From Candidatus Oxydemutatoraceae bacterium (GTDB taxonomy: Bacteria; Pseudomonadota; Gammaproteobacteria; Poriferisulfidales; Oxydemutatoraceae): a stretch of 64,000 nt of DNA. The position numbers and the translations under genes are program-made. Of the stretch, positions 63,639 through 64,000 are shown in pieces. The stretch spans positions 1 to 64,000 of the forward strand of contig OZ244779.1 in NCBI GenBank assembly GCA_965219575.1. The letters are read 5' to 3'. Under the pieces are notes generated by a model, which saw only the letters and a list, made by a program, of their open reading frames with translations, searched no databases and had not been told where the DNA came from. How positions within the stretch are numbered: the stretch's first letter is position 1; each line of letters opens with the position of its first letter.

Positions 63639-63731
63639 TAACATCGCCTGTTGAAACCATTATTCCCCTCCTCTGAAGGGGAATGTACCGTTTCTACCGT
63701 TCGTGGATACTTTTTCAACAGCAGACACACT

Positions 63732-63953
63732 GGGGCTGTTGAAAAGGTATTGGTAGCGCAAAAATCCAACCGCTTGCGCCATGAATTTATAATAACCACC
63801 AAGCCGTAGGGGCAGTATAAAGCCGCCGATTGAGCCGGTAGGTCAATCGGCAACTCTGATGTCTGCCCATAAGTACCGTTCTGCACGACACCAACCGCTT
63901 GCGCCAACAAATAATGGTTTCCATAAATTGGATGGATGAATGTATAAATCATG
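63732..63953. mobile_element. MITE copy F, right end deleted (an orphan terminus lies upstream at ~63694-63722)
   Basis: GGGGCTGTTGAAAAG start and shared internal modules; fuses via TGC into TGCAGATACGACACAACCACCCC. Confidence 0.75.
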
Positions 63954-64000
63954 CAGATACGACACAACCACCCCGTCAGGCTGAATAGAACCGCCGATTG

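Overview
64 kb of chromosome from a gammaproteobacterium; the giant GLUG adhesin and expanded fucosyltransferases are consistent with a host-associated lifestyle, possibly a marine-invertebrate symbiont, though that is inference. Most of it is housekeeping (gshA, ampD, argB-algC-dut-coaBC, moaC/D, degQ, dcd-apbC, folA-thyA-lgt, radC, greA, ubiA, hemL, rpoD, rpmE, bioBF, rpmBG, three tRNAs), with unusually scrambled gene order. The accessory content is: (1) two tandem arrays of AT-rich fucosyltransferase-like genes whose junctions carry relic copies of the 3' end of the neighbouring core gene; (2) a Mu-like prophage remnant next to tRNA-Pro; (3) a 4138-aa modular GLUG/Ig surface protein plus a collapsed paralog, both ending in IRIRxKVFLEGxLQ and both followed by the same hairpin repeat; (4) a nested system of non-coding mobile repeats. 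In that system, a 200-300 bp MITE with GGGGCTGTTGAAAA termini repeatedly sits at one exact position inside another dispersed hairpin repeat, with a different 5-bp target duplication each time and in both orientations. It carries GTAG-type REP palindromes, whose loops in turn hold a fourth mini-hairpin. No transposase, CRISPR array or rRNA is visible.
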